Source: Minisyncoccota bacterium
GTDB lineage: Bacteria; Patescibacteriota; Minisyncoccia; Phycocordibacterales; UBA9973
Assembly: GCA_942491275.1 (NCBI GenBank)
Contig: CALNZI010000006.1
Location: forward strand, 9,899-73,898
DNA: 64,000 nucleotides
Direction: 5' to 3'
Below the pieces are notes generated by a model, which was given only the letters and a program-made list of their open reading frames with translations, searched no databases and was not told the DNA's origin. Made by a program: the position numbers and the translations under genes. How positions within the stretch are numbered: position 1 is the first letter of the stretch; each line of letters opens with the position of its first letter. Positions 1-9,135 of the stretch are shown here, in pieces.

Positions 1-678
1 GGCTGGATCAAATCCATCTACATCAATTGTTAAATAAAGGTGTTTAGTTTTTATAGAGTCGATAATTTTTTCGATAGGAATTATTTCTTTATTCCATTCA
101 AAAATAGTTATTTTATTCTTTGGATCATTAAAATAGTTATATTCTTCTTCTGAATAGGTTCGAATTCCAACTTGTACTATATTATAACCAAGTTCTGAGG
201 CTCGACGCATAACACAAGAATGAGCTAGTTTTGAAGGTTTTGAGTTTAAGTAATCTCCATCATTATCTCGTAGATCACAATGGGCATCTATTTGAAGAAT
301 AGTCACATCTTTTGGATTTATTTTTTCACTAAGAGCTTTAAAGGCTCCAAGAGATACAGAATGTTCTCCTCCTAGTAAAAAAACAAATTTATCTAATTCT
401 AATATTTTTTTATACTCGGAAATTATTTTATTTAAAGCTTTTTCTGGCGAAAAAAGACTGATATTTTTTAATTTAAGATGAGTTGCCCTTATAAATTTAT
501 TGGGTTCACATTTAAATTTTCTATCAAAAAACTCAAGTTTATTATCTAAACATTTAATTATTTTCTTGGGTCCATTGGCGGTTCCTTTTCGGCTAGAAAC
601 AGTCTTTTCATATGGCACGCTGAGTATTACTAGGTCTGCTCCAGCTGTATTTTTTGTATTAATTACAGTATTTACCAT
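1..678 (-). CDS. Arginase/agmatinase-family ureohydrolase, C-terminus cut by window edge
   Basis: Absent from the ORF track because it runs off the window. Reverse-strand translation from the ATG (complement of 676-678) gives MVNTVINT...FVFLLGGEHSVS...ILQIDAHCDLRD...LYLTIDVDGFDPA. These are the GGxHS, DAHxD and DxDxxDP metal-site motifs of the arginase fold. Confidence 0.8.
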   Translation of the reverse strand, partial: MVNTVINTKNTAGADLVILSVPYEKTVSSRKGTANGPKKIIKCLDNKLEFFDRKFKCEPNKFIRATHLKLKNISLFSPEKALNKIISEYKKILELDKFVFLLGGEHSVSLGAFKALSEKINPKDVTILQIDAHCDLRDNDGDYLNSKPSKLAHSCVMRRASELGYNIVQVGIRTYSEEEYNYFNDPKNKITIFEWNKEIIPIEKIIDSIKTKHLYLTIDVDGFDPA

Positions 679-742
679 GAACATAATAGTACAAGAAATA
701 ATAAAGTAATGCAATGAATTGATTTGTGATATAATTTAATCT

Positions 743-1660
743 ATGAGTTGGTTTTTTATTGCCCTGGGGGCTCCATTTTTATGGGCATTGGTTAATATTT
801 CTGATCAATACCTTGTTAAAAAATATTCAATTGGTGAAAAAGGGTCGGGAGGCCTAGTTCTTTTTTCTAGTCTTATTGGAATCTTTGTCGCGATTTTTAT
901 TGGGATATTTACTATGGGTATTTTTGAAATACCCATTATGGATAAGTTTCTTCTTATTTTAACTGGAGGTTTGGTTATTCTGTGGGTTATTATATATCTG
1001 TATACTATTGAAATTGAAGATATTTCTTTTATAGCTCCTTGGTTTTCTGTTGTTCCGATTTTTGGATATATTTTAGGATATGTTTTTCTAGGAGAAACAT
1101 TAAACAATCAACAGTTAATTGGTTCAGGAATTGTTTTATTGGGAGTATTTTTGATATCCATTGATTTTTCTTTGGAAGAAAAATATAAATTTAAATGGAA
1201 ACCAGCACTTTATATGATAATTACATCTTTTATTATTGCTGTAATTGGGATTATTTTTAAATACGTAACAATAGTTGATAGGTTTTGGATTTCTTCCTTT
1301 TGGGAATATTTTGGGCTTGGGGTGTTTGGTATTTTAATTTACTTTTTTATTCCAAAGTATCGTCGAGAATTTTTAAATATGAACAGACTGGGTGGAATAA
1401 AGATATTTATATTGAATATCTTTAGTGAGTTTCTAACTATAATTGGTAGTCTTTTGACTAATTACGCTGTTTTATTGGCTCCAGTGGCCTTGGTTTATCT
1501 GGTGGGTAGTTTTCAGCCAGCAATTGTTCTTTTGTTTGTTATTTTAGGAACAAAATTTTTCCCAAAAATCATTACAGAAAAAATCCATCATCAAATTATG
1601 ATACCAAAAATTATTGCGATCTTAATTATACTAATTGGTAGTTTTATTTTGTTTATTTAA
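743..1660 (+). CDS. EamA/DMT-family membrane transporter
   Basis: 305 aa, about 10 hydrophobic spans arranged as two similar halves, typical of drug/metabolite transporters. The 3' end overlaps the convergent gene by 8 nt. Confidence 0.6.
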   Translation: MSWFFIALGAPFLWALVNISDQYLVKKYSIGEKGSGGLVLFSSLIGIFVAIFIGIFTMGIFEIPIMDKFLLILTGGLVILWVIIYLYTIEIEDISFIAPWFSVVPIFGYILGYVFLGETLNNQQLIGSGIVLLGVFLISIDFSLEEKYKFKWKPALYMIITSFIIAVIGIIFKYVTIVDRFWISSFWEYFGLGVFGILIYFFIPKYRREFLNMNRLGGIKIFILNIFSEFLTIIGSLLTNYAVLLAPVALVYLVGSFQPAIVLLFVILGTKFFPKIITEKIHHQIMIPKIIAILIILIGSFILFI

Positions 1661-2954
1661 GGTAGCCCCATTTTTTGAGCTTTGAATGATCTTCTTCAAT
1701 AAATTTTCTTCCAATATCATTTCGATAAAGCATTTTAGGTACAATCACTTTTTTAATAAGAGAATAAGTTTTTTCTTGGGCTTCTTTGACGGTTTTTCCC
1801 ATTTGAGTTGCGTAAAGAACATAACCGGCATCATCTGATAAATAGAAATCTTTTGAAGATATTGTTTTCTTTGACAAACCGTCTAATCTTATGTGCTTAA
1901 ATTCCTCTTTACTCATATTGTTAAAAAATACATTTACACCGACAAGATCTTCATTTTTTGTATTATCTCCGAATGGAAAGGGAGGAGTTGCTACTAAAAC
2001 AATAATCCCGTAACCTTTTTTCCATTTTAAGTTGTAATTTTCTCCCTTGGCTACAGAATAAAGAAATTCAGCCCAGGGTGATTCATGGATTTCTGCTTGT
2101 AGGTGTATCGCAGGAGAACCTAATCTAGCTGTTGCTTCTAGGCAAAAAATTCCATTTTTGTTTACTATTGTATTTATTTCAAAATCTCCTCTAAAATTTA
2201 CTTTTTGTAAGAATGGTTTTAGTTTCGCGATAGTTTCTTGGTAGAGTTTATTATTTTCATCACTGTCGTACCACATTAATGTTCCCATTTCAGAAGTTGT
2301 TGGACCGAGATCTCCTGGGAAGAACTTTTTATGTTCAACATTATATTCAATTGGTCCAATCCAATTTTCCCCGTTAAAATATCTACCTATTCCAATTTCA
2401 ATTCCTTCAATTTTTTCATGTAATGTTATTTTTCTATCTTTAAAATTATTTTTTTTAATATAACTTTCAAGAACAGAAATAACATCTTTTCCATTTTTTA
2501 AACAGCCGACATAATTGATTGTTTTATCTGAGTCTTTGTTTTGTTTTACAACCCAAGCTTTTGGATGCTTTTTAACATAGTTAATAGCTTTTTTAATACT
2601 GTCAAAATCTTTTAGTTTTTTTGTTTTAAGTCCGTATTCTTTAAAAATTTCTTGGCCGTATTCTCTATTAGTTTCTAATAATTCTCCTAAACGAGAACCT
2701 CCAAAAACGATATACCCATCTTTTCTTAATTGGTCTTGTTTTTTCCCATGACCAACATCATCAAAAATAATTAGGCCTTTTTTACCAACCCAATTTAATT
2801 CAGCTTCCCAATCTTCAGTTTTATTTACAATATTATCAAAAGTTTTCTTAACTTTTTTATTTCCTATATAAAGTTTAACATCATGACCTTCATTTTTAAG
2901 AATATAAGCAAGGTTTCCTGCAACAAAATCATTTGATACAAATAAAATTTTCAT
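1653..2954 (-). CDS. purD: PurD-like ATP-grasp enzyme (phosphoribosylamine-glycine ligase family, divergent)
   Basis: 433 aa. Blocks are alignable by eye to PurD: FPGDLGPTTSEMG, LEATARLGSP, GYVLYATQMGKTVKEAQEKTY, YRNDIG. No other purine-pathway gene lies nearby. Confidence 0.6.
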   Translation of the reverse strand: MKILFVSNDFVAGNLAYILKNEGHDVKLYIGNKKVKKTFDNIVNKTEDWEAELNWVGKKGLIIFDDVGHGKKQDQLRKDGYIVFGGSRLGELLETNREYGQEIFKEYGLKTKKLKDFDSIKKAINYVKKHPKAWVVKQNKDSDKTINYVGCLKNGKDVISVLESYIKKNNFKDRKITLHEKIEGIEIGIGRYFNGENWIGPIEYNVEHKKFFPGDLGPTTSEMGTLMWYDSDENNKLYQETIAKLKPFLQKVNFRGDFEINTIVNKNGIFCLEATARLGSPAIHLQAEIHESPWAEFLYSVAKGENYNLKWKKGYGIIVLVATPPFPFGDNTKNEDLVGVNVFFNNMSKEEFKHIRLDGLSKKTISSKDFYLSDDAGYVLYATQMGKTVKEAQEKTYSLIKKVIVPKMLYRNDIGRKFIEEDHSKLKKWGYLK

Positions 2955-2959
2955 ATATA

Positions 2960-2990
2960 ATAATAAGACAATAAACTATTGTCTTATTAT
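2960..2990. promoter_or_regulatory. 14-bp perfect inverted repeat in the purD-like / histidine-kinase divergent region (candidate operator overlapping a -10 box)
   Basis: ATAATAAGACAATA-aac-TATTGTCTTATTAT. The left arm contains the minus-strand TATTAT located 5 nt from the purD-like ATG. Confidence 0.4.
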
Positions 2991-3026
2991 CATGTTAATA
3001 CTTTTTGTTACTTTAGTCAAAATATT

Positions 3027-4703
3027 ATGAATAATTTAATTGCAGGAATGTGTGCTGACGGTATTCCAAAAACTTTGGGAATTTTTGATTTTAGTATCGC
3101 TCCTTACTTACTTTATTACGCTTACGTCCCCATTGTTATAGCAGCACTGTTTTTTGGAGTATTAATTTTTACAAAAAACAATAAGTCTTTAATAAATAAA
3201 TTATTTTTTGCGATAACGGTGATGTTTGTTTTATGGGTCCTCAACGTTTTAGTTCAATGGATTGCTGTCCCAAATAGTTTTATATACAACTCATGGAAAA
3301 TAGCTCCTATTTTTGAAATTCCTATCTACTTGTTGTCTATTTATTTTGTTTATGTTTTTGCATATAAAAAAGACTTATCTTCTCTTTATAAATCAATTTT
3401 ATTAGTAATTTACATTATTTTCATTGCATTAAGTTTTACTAAGTTGAATTTAATGGGCTATGATTATGAATATTGTGAAGGGTTATTAGGGCCTCTTCAG
3501 AATTTTATTTCAGGAATCGAAGCCCTCTCTATTGTTGTAATAGCATTAATAGGGAATAAATACATAAGAAAAAATAAATCAAATAAAAAAGACAAGAAAA
3601 TTGTTAAAACTTTGGTTATTGGAATTGTTATTTTTCTTAGTTTGTTTTGGTATTCTGAAGTTTTTGGAATAGTTACCTCTGAATATGGAATAAATCTTAT
3701 TGGTCCAATAGGGATGTTTGTATTTCTTGGATTGGTTACCTTTTTAATGGTTAGATATGAAGCCTTTAATATTAAATTATTGGCAACTCAAGCCCTGGTC
3801 TTTGGATTAGCTATTTTTATTGCTTCTCAGTTCTTCTTTATTCAAGTACCAGTCAACTTTGCCCTTAATGGAGCTACTTTGATAATGGTATTATTCTTTG
3901 GTAATTCATTAATTAAATCAGTTAAAAAAGAAGTTGAGCAAAGAGAAAAATTACAGATACTAACTGAAGAACTTTCGGAAGCCAACGAAAAACTTAAAGG
4001 ACTCGATAAATTAAAAACGGAATTTTTATCCTTGGCCTCACATCAATTAAGGAGCCCGCTGACTGCAATTAAGGGTTATGCCTCCATGGTATTGGAGGGA
4101 GATTATGGAGAAATTAATCCCGAAGCCAAAGATACAGTGGGGCGGATATATAAAGCAAGCCAGAACCTTACAAAAATTGTTGAGGATCTATTAAACGTTT
4201 CTAAGATAGAACAGGGTGGAATGAAATATGAAATGGAATTATTTAGTTTGGTTCCCGTAGTTGGTGATATGGTTAAGGATCTTTCCATCACTGCTGATAA
4301 GAAAAATGTAAAGATCAACTTTGAGTCAGACGAAGAAGAGAAATGTATGGTTAACGGGGATAAAGAAAAGATTCGTCAGGTTGTTCTTAACTTAATTGAT
4401 AATTCTATTAAATATACGAAGGAGGGAAGTATTGATGTTTCTGTTAGAAGAAATGATAATAAAATTCTATTTGCCATCAGGGACACAGGAATGGGTATGA
4501 CAGAAGAGACAAAAGATTCATTGTTTCAAAAATTTGCCAGAGGTGAGGGTTCAAAGATGAATACTTCAGGGACGGGATTAGGACTTTATCTTGCAAAACA
4601 GATTGTGGAAGCTCACAAAGGACGTATATGGGTAGAATCACCAGGATTGGGGAAAGGTTCCACTTTCAATGTGGAATTGGAGGTAGTTGACAAAGGAGTA
4701 TAA
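3027..4703 (+). CDS. Sensor histidine kinase with a large polytopic N-terminal membrane domain
   Basis: HisKA H-box LSLASHQLRSPLTAIKGY. HATPase N/G boxes LIDNSIKYT, DTGMGM, GTGLGLYLAK. No response regulator is adjacent. Start moved to the first ATG; the track start at 2979 is TTG. Confidence 0.85.
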   Translation: MNNLIAGMCADGIPKTLGIFDFSIAPYLLYYAYVPIVIAALFFGVLIFTKNNKSLINKLFFAITVMFVLWVLNVLVQWIAVPNSFIYNSWKIAPIFEIPIYLLSIYFVYVFAYKKDLSSLYKSILLVIYIIFIALSFTKLNLMGYDYEYCEGLLGPLQNFISGIEALSIVVIALIGNKYIRKNKSNKKDKKIVKTLVIGIVIFLSLFWYSEVFGIVTSEYGINLIGPIGMFVFLGLVTFLMVRYEAFNIKLLATQALVFGLAIFIASQFFFIQVPVNFALNGATLIMVLFFGNSLIKSVKKEVEQREKLQILTEELSEANEKLKGLDKLKTEFLSLASHQLRSPLTAIKGYASMVLEGDYGEINPEAKDTVGRIYKASQNLTKIVEDLLNVSKIEQGGMKYEMELFSLVPVVGDMVKDLSITADKKNVKINFESDEEEKCMVNGDKEKIRQVVLNLIDNSIKYTKEGSIDVSVRRNDNKILFAIRDTGMGMTEETKDSLFQKFARGEGSKMNTSGTGLGLYLAKQIVEAHKGRIWVESPGLGKGSTFNVELEVVDKGV

Positions 4704-4843
4704 ATATGCTATATTAAATATAGTAAATTGTTCTTTACTTAAAAATTTAGCCGGTTTTTGTTATTTATTTTAGATGTTTTTTTATAAGACTTTTGGAATA
4801 AATAACAAAAACAATTTTTTTATTAACTAAATTATTTAATAAA

Positions 4844-5062
4844 ATGGCTAAGACGAAAACAAAAAAAGATGATGTTTTACATTCTTGTACAAACAAAAAC
4901 GGACACTGTTCTGTTCCTGGGTGTAAATCAAGGTTGAATGAAATGAAAAGTAAATGCGGAAATGATCATGTTGTAGGAAGAAAATACAAGCGTTTTGACG
5001 CTGAGAAAGAAAAAGAAACTTTTCAACCGATAGAACCCAAAATGCATTTCAATAAAAGTTAA
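4844..5062 (+). CDS. Hypothetical small basic Cys/His-containing protein
   Basis: 72-aa ORF with CTNKNGHCSVPGC...KCGNDH. It lies between a long upstream inverted repeat and two downstream hairpins. No recognisable family. Confidence 0.4.
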   Translation: MAKTKTKKDDVLHSCTNKNGHCSVPGCKSRLNEMKSKCGNDHVVGRKYKRFDAEKEKETFQPIEPKMHFNKS

Positions 5063-5113
5063 TTTATTGAAATGCATAACATATGGCACTTAAGAATTTA
5101 TTCTTGGTGCCAT
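5044..5113. terminator. Two tandem hairpins between convergent genes (bidirectional terminator)
   Basis: GCATTTCAATAAA-agttaa-TTTATTGAAATGC (13 bp, 5044-5075) and ATGGCAC..AAGAA-ttta-TTCTT..GTGCCAT (5083-5113), flanked by T/A runs. Confidence 0.6.
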
Positions 5114-6492
5114 TATTTTTTACAAATTTTTGAGCCAGAATCAGTATCTTTTATTTCGTAGCCTAGATTATTTATTTGATCTCTTAGTTCATCACTTTTA
5201 GTCCAGTCTTTATTTTTTCGAGCAATTTCTCTTTCCTCATTTAATTTTAGAATATTTTCGGGAATGATTTCTTCTTTCAATTTATCCAACCCAAGTCCTA
5301 AAACTTTATCAAAATCTAGAAGAGTGGCTTTTTTATCTGAATTTGAAATTTTTGAATCTTTTATTAAATCCCATAGAACAGTTAATGCTTTTGGAGAATC
5401 TAAGTCTTTATCCATAAATTCTATGAATTTATTTTTATATTTTTCGTCCACCACTCCAACTTCATCACCTAGGCTTAAATAGTGCTTTTGAATACGCTCA
5501 AGAGCTACCTGAGAGCCCCTTACGGTCTCCAGTGTGAAATTAGTCTTCGTTTTATAGTGTGAAGTGTAGAGCCACAATCTAAAGGCAATTGGATCAATAT
5601 CTTTTTCAATTAAATCTCGAAGAGTGTAAAAATTTCCAAGGGATTTAGACATCTTTTTTCCATCAACCAATAGAAATTCATTATGCATAAAGTATTTAGA
5701 GAAAGGCTTATCACTAGCACATTCTGATTGAGCAATTTCATTTTCGTGATGTGGAAACATATTATCGACTCCACCTGTATGTATATCAAAACTTTCACCC
5801 AATTCTTTCATACTCATGGCAGAACATTCTATATGCCAACCGGGGCGTCCTTTACAAACCTCGGTTTCTCTGCCAATAATTTCATTTGGCTCCCAAAATA
5901 CTTCACCATCATTTTTATCCCAAGCTTTCCAGAGAGCAAAGTCCTGAGCATTATCTTTTTCATACTCGTCTGTATTTAATCTACCCAAAGCGTTCTTTTT
6001 TAAGTCAGAAATTTTAAAATGTGATAACTTCCCGTATTCTGGATTTCTATGTATATCAAAATAAATTGAACTATCTTCAGTTTTGTAGGCATATTTCTTT
6101 TCCAGTAATTTCTCTATGAGTTCAATCATTTCTTTAATGTAGTCTGTAGCCTTTGTATATTTTTGAGCGGGAATAATATTTAAAGTTTTTATATCCTCGA
6201 AAAAGTTTTCTGTGTAAAATTCCGTAAATTCTTTGAGAGTTTTGTTTTCAATTTGTGAATTTTTTATTGTCTTATCGTCCACATCTGTAATATTCATTAT
6301 ATGGTTAACTTCATAGTTTCTATAGGTTAAATACCTTTTTAACATGTCTCCAAAAACATAGGCTCTATAGTTACCAATATGGGCATTATTGTAAACAGTT
6401 GGGCCGCAAGTATATAGGCCAACCTGTGGTGGGTTAATTGGTTCAAATAATTCTATTTTTCTCGACAGCGTATTAAATAATCCTAAAGCCAT
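5113..6492 (-). CDS. cysS: Cysteinyl-tRNA synthetase
   Basis: HIGN and KMSKS class-I motifs, CGPTVYNNAHIGN, GWHIECS. Confidence 0.95.
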   Translation of the reverse strand: MALGLFNTLSRKIELFEPINPPQVGLYTCGPTVYNNAHIGNYRAYVFGDMLKRYLTYRNYEVNHIMNITDVDDKTIKNSQIENKTLKEFTEFYTENFFEDIKTLNIIPAQKYTKATDYIKEMIELIEKLLEKKYAYKTEDSSIYFDIHRNPEYGKLSHFKISDLKKNALGRLNTDEYEKDNAQDFALWKAWDKNDGEVFWEPNEIIGRETEVCKGRPGWHIECSAMSMKELGESFDIHTGGVDNMFPHHENEIAQSECASDKPFSKYFMHNEFLLVDGKKMSKSLGNFYTLRDLIEKDIDPIAFRLWLYTSHYKTKTNFTLETVRGSQVALERIQKHYLSLGDEVGVVDEKYKNKFIEFMDKDLDSPKALTVLWDLIKDSKISNSDKKATLLDFDKVLGLGLDKLKEEIIPENILKLNEEREIARKNKDWTKSDELRDQINNLGYEIKDTDSGSKICKK

Positions 6493-6551
6493 ATTGGACT
6501 ATTATACCCTGTGGGTTGCTTTTTTCAAAGATTTTGTGTATTATAGTGCTC

Positions 6552-6878
6552 ATGGAATTAAAGGAATTTGCCGTAATTGAAACAGGAGGAAAGCAATATA
6601 AAGTCGCTGTGGGCGATGTTTTAAAGGTTGAAAAACTGAAAGGTGAATTTTCTACTGGAGATAAAATTATTTTTGATAAGGTTTTATTGGTAGATAATGG
6701 TAAAGACACAACCATTGGTTCTCCTTATATTACTGGAGCCAAGGTGGAATCATTATTTCAGAAAGAAGGGAAAGGTAAAACTGTCAAAGTTGTTAAATAT
6801 AAAGCAAAGAGTCGTTATCTAAAAACAAACGGGCATCGACAACCATTTATGGAAGTAAAAATCTCCGCTATAAAATAA
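6552..6878 (+). CDS. rplU: Ribosomal protein L21
   Basis: FAVIETGGKQYKV signature. Start set at ATG 6552, 7 nt after TATTAT (6539-6544). The track's upstream extension looks spurious. Confidence 0.9.
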   Translation: MELKEFAVIETGGKQYKVAVGDVLKVEKLKGEFSTGDKIIFDKVLLVDNGKDTTIGSPYITGAKVESLFQKEGKGKTVKVVKYKAKSRYLKTNGHRQPFMEVKISAIK

Positions 6879-6880
6879 AA

Positions 6881-6905
6881 AACTCTCTAGTCGAGAGTTT
6901 TTTTA
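6881..6905. terminator. Bidirectional intrinsic terminator (rplU / recR)
   Basis: AAAACTCTC-tagtc-GAGAGTTTTTTT hairpin with A-run and T-run flanks. Confidence 0.7.
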
Positions 6906-7523
6906 TTAGGCCCTATATTGTAAAGCGTTTTTTATTGTTTCAGAATCGGAGTATTCTAATTCTGTTCCAGTGGATAACCCTCTTCCTAGGGAGACAATTT
7001 TAAAATTGTATTTCTTCTGCAGGGGTAGTAAAACTTCTCTTAAATAAATGTCGGTGTGTTCTCCTTGAGGATTTAAAGATAAAGCGATTATTATTTCTTT
7101 TAGTTCTTCTTTTTTTAATCTTTCTTCGGTTATTCTTTTTAATTCTTTAACTCGAACAAAGTTGGGAGTTTCTTTAGTTACGATAGGGACAAGACCTCCG
7201 AGAATAAAGTACATTCCTTTGTAATTTCTACTTTTTTTAATACTTTCAAAATCAGCATCTTTTTCTAAAATTAAAAGGGAAGTGCGGTCTGTTTTAGGAT
7301 CAGAACAGGTCTCACATAAGTCTTGTTTTTTATTATGAAAAAATAAAAAACAAGATTGACATTGAGAAATAGTTTTTTTAATTTCCAATATTGATTCTCC
7401 TAATTCTTTTACATAGTTAGGATTTTTATGTAATAAAAAATAAACAAAACGCTTGGCTTGTCTTTCACCAATGCCTGGAAATTCTTTAAAGTATTGTGCC
7501 AGTTTGTCTATTCTATCTTCCAT
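6906..7523 (-). CDS. recR: Recombination protein RecR
   Basis: HhH FPGIGERQAKRF, Cys4 zinc motif CQSC...CETC, Toprim-like C-terminal half. Confidence 0.9.
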   Translation of the reverse strand: MEDRIDKLAQYFKEFPGIGERQAKRFVYFLLHKNPNYVKELGESILEIKKTISQCQSCFLFFHNKKQDLCETCSDPKTDRTSLLILEKDADFESIKKSRNYKGMYFILGGLVPIVTKETPNFVRVKELKRITEERLKKEELKEIIIALSLNPQGEHTDIYLREVLLPLQKKYNFKIVSLGRGLSTGTELEYSDSETIKNALQYRA

Positions 7524-7528
7524 ATTAC

Positions 7529-8923
7529 TTAAAATTGTTCTAAGTCACTAACATCTCCCGCAAGGGCAGAAAAATCACCCATCCCTCCAGATTTTTCCAA
7601 ACTCATGAAGGTTGTTGTTTTTTCATCAAAGTATAGATCAACTTTTCCAACGGGACCATTTCTATGTTTTTCAATTAAAATTTCAGCAATATTTGTTTTC
7701 TCTGACTCATCTTTTCCTCTATCTTCTCGATGAATAAACATAACCACATCGGCATCTTGCTCGATGGATCCAGAATCACGAAGGTCTGATAGTCTAGGAC
7801 GACCACCACGGGATTCAACGGCACGGGATAATTGAGAAAGGGCAATTACAGGAACATCGAATTCTTTAGCTAAAGCCTTTAGAGATCGGGATATTTCAGT
7901 AACCTGATTGACCATACTATCAAAATTCTTAGAAGTAGACATTAATTGCAGATAGTCAACAATAACAAGACCTAGGCCGTCTGAGGCTTTAATCCGACGA
8001 CAAACAGAACGCATTCGGACGATGGAATTACCAGCTAAATCATCTACAAAAATTGGAGCCCTTGAAAGGAGGTCTAAAGAGTCTCGAATTTTAGAAAATT
8101 CACTTTCTGCTGAAAGATTACCAGTACGGAGCTTCCAAGCGTCTACTCGAGATTGAGCAGCTAACATTCTATCAACCAATTGCTGAGTACTCATTTCAAG
8201 TGAAAAGATAACTGTTGGAATTTTGTTGGTTAGAGCTGTTTGTCGAGCAATATCTAAAGCAAGTGTTGTTTTACCCATGGAAGGTCGAGCCGCCAATATT
8301 ATTAAATCTGATTTTTGGAGACCTGACAAATACTGATCTAAGTCTTTGAAACCAGTTGGAACACCTCGAAGTTCTCCCTTGTTTTCATGTAGGCGTTCTA
8401 AACGATCCCAAGCTTCCGGTAGACTATCTTTAAGAGAATGAAAAGCATGACCACCTGAGTTTGAGTTTATTCCCATCATTCTTTTTTCTGCTTTATCAAG
8501 AACTTCAAAAACATCTTCAATGTCGTCCTTAAAACCAAGTTCAGAAATATCAGTACCAGCTTCTATAATTTTTCGGAGTAAATGTTTTTTGTTTACAATT
8601 TCAGCATAGTGTTTAACATTGGTTGAAGCAGGGACAGAATTAGTTAATTCACTTAAATAACCACTTCCTCCGATTGAGTCTAGAGATCCTTTTTCTGTTA
8701 ATTTATGAGACACAGAAATTAAATCGATAGGATCTCCCTTAGAAGAAAGTTCTAGCATGGTCTTATAAATTTGAGAGTGTTTGCTGGCGTAGAAGGACTC
8801 AGGAGTAATAAGATCACTTATTTCATGAATTGCTCCGGGTCTTAACATAATTGAACCGAGAACTGCTCTTTCGGAATCGGTACTTTGAGGTGGGACACGG
8901 AGATTTGTTTTTTTGTTTACCAT
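7529..8923 (-). CDS. dnaB: Replicative DNA helicase DnaB
   Basis: RVPPQS..ERAVLGSIM N-terminus, Walker A ARPSMGKTT, DYLQLM. Start placed at ATG 8923 (MVNKK), 7 nt downstream of TGCTACAAT. The track start is 8959. Confidence 0.9.
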   Translation of the reverse strand: MVNKKTNLRVPPQSTDSERAVLGSIMLRPGAIHEISDLITPESFYASKHSQIYKTMLELSSKGDPIDLISVSHKLTEKGSLDSIGGSGYLSELTNSVPASTNVKHYAEIVNKKHLLRKIIEAGTDISELGFKDDIEDVFEVLDKAEKRMMGINSNSGGHAFHSLKDSLPEAWDRLERLHENKGELRGVPTGFKDLDQYLSGLQKSDLIILAARPSMGKTTLALDIARQTALTNKIPTVIFSLEMSTQQLVDRMLAAQSRVDAWKLRTGNLSAESEFSKIRDSLDLLSRAPIFVDDLAGNSIVRMRSVCRRIKASDGLGLVIVDYLQLMSTSKNFDSMVNQVTEISRSLKALAKEFDVPVIALSQLSRAVESRGGRPRLSDLRDSGSIEQDADVVMFIHREDRGKDESEKTNIAEILIEKHRNGPVGKVDLYFDEKTTTFMSLEKSGGMGDFSALAGDVSDLEQF

Positions 8924-9026
8924 AGGATTTATTGTAGCATAGCCGTCAAATCCCCACATCTTGCTTTTATTGATAAATATGTGGGTAAAATGTGCAAAAC
9001 TATTGTTATTTTGCTATTATATATGG

Positions 9027-9135
9027 GTACTTGTCCCGTATTAAATTTTTGATTAATTAAAATTATGATAAAAATAATACGAGAAAAGTAGGTCAAAATT
9101 TACATATAAATTATTATTAAAATTTTAGTACTGGG
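9027..9135 (+). promoter_or_regulatory. Structured ~109-nt leader, copy A (upstream of trpS)
   Basis: Begins 7 nt after the extended -10 TGcTATTAT (9012-9020). Shares both ends and an internal ATACGAGA block with 31633-31743. The 5' block 9034-9050 is complementary to 9119-9136, which includes the A of the ATG. Confidence 0.55.

Noticed and set aside
500-709. 69-aa plus-strand ORF in the track.
   Set aside because: It lies antisense inside the arginase-family gene (1-678, minus strand), whose translation carries clear family motifs. It is a shadow ORF.
1653-1660. 8-nt convergent overlap of the EamA-family and purD-like genes as a possible regulatory feature.
   Set aside because: Short 3' overlaps are common in compact genomes, and nothing else distinguishes this site.
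6516-6551. N-terminal extensions of track ORFs: rplU 6516, dnaB 8959, gltX 16386, gatB 20352, gap 21987, pfkB 27646, rsmI 56770, EEP 57822.
   Set aside because: The extensions are non-conserved, overlap upstream genes, tRNAs or promoter boxes, and conserved N-termini begin at the internal ATGs that obey the -10 spacing rule.
9027-9135. T-box riboswitch upstream of trpS.
   Set aside because: It would be the expected regulator of an aaRS gene. However, I cannot find the T-box consensus (AAUUAGGGUGGUACCGCG-like), a specifier loop or AG/GNUGGA elements. The same leader also precedes prfA, which T-boxes do not regulate.
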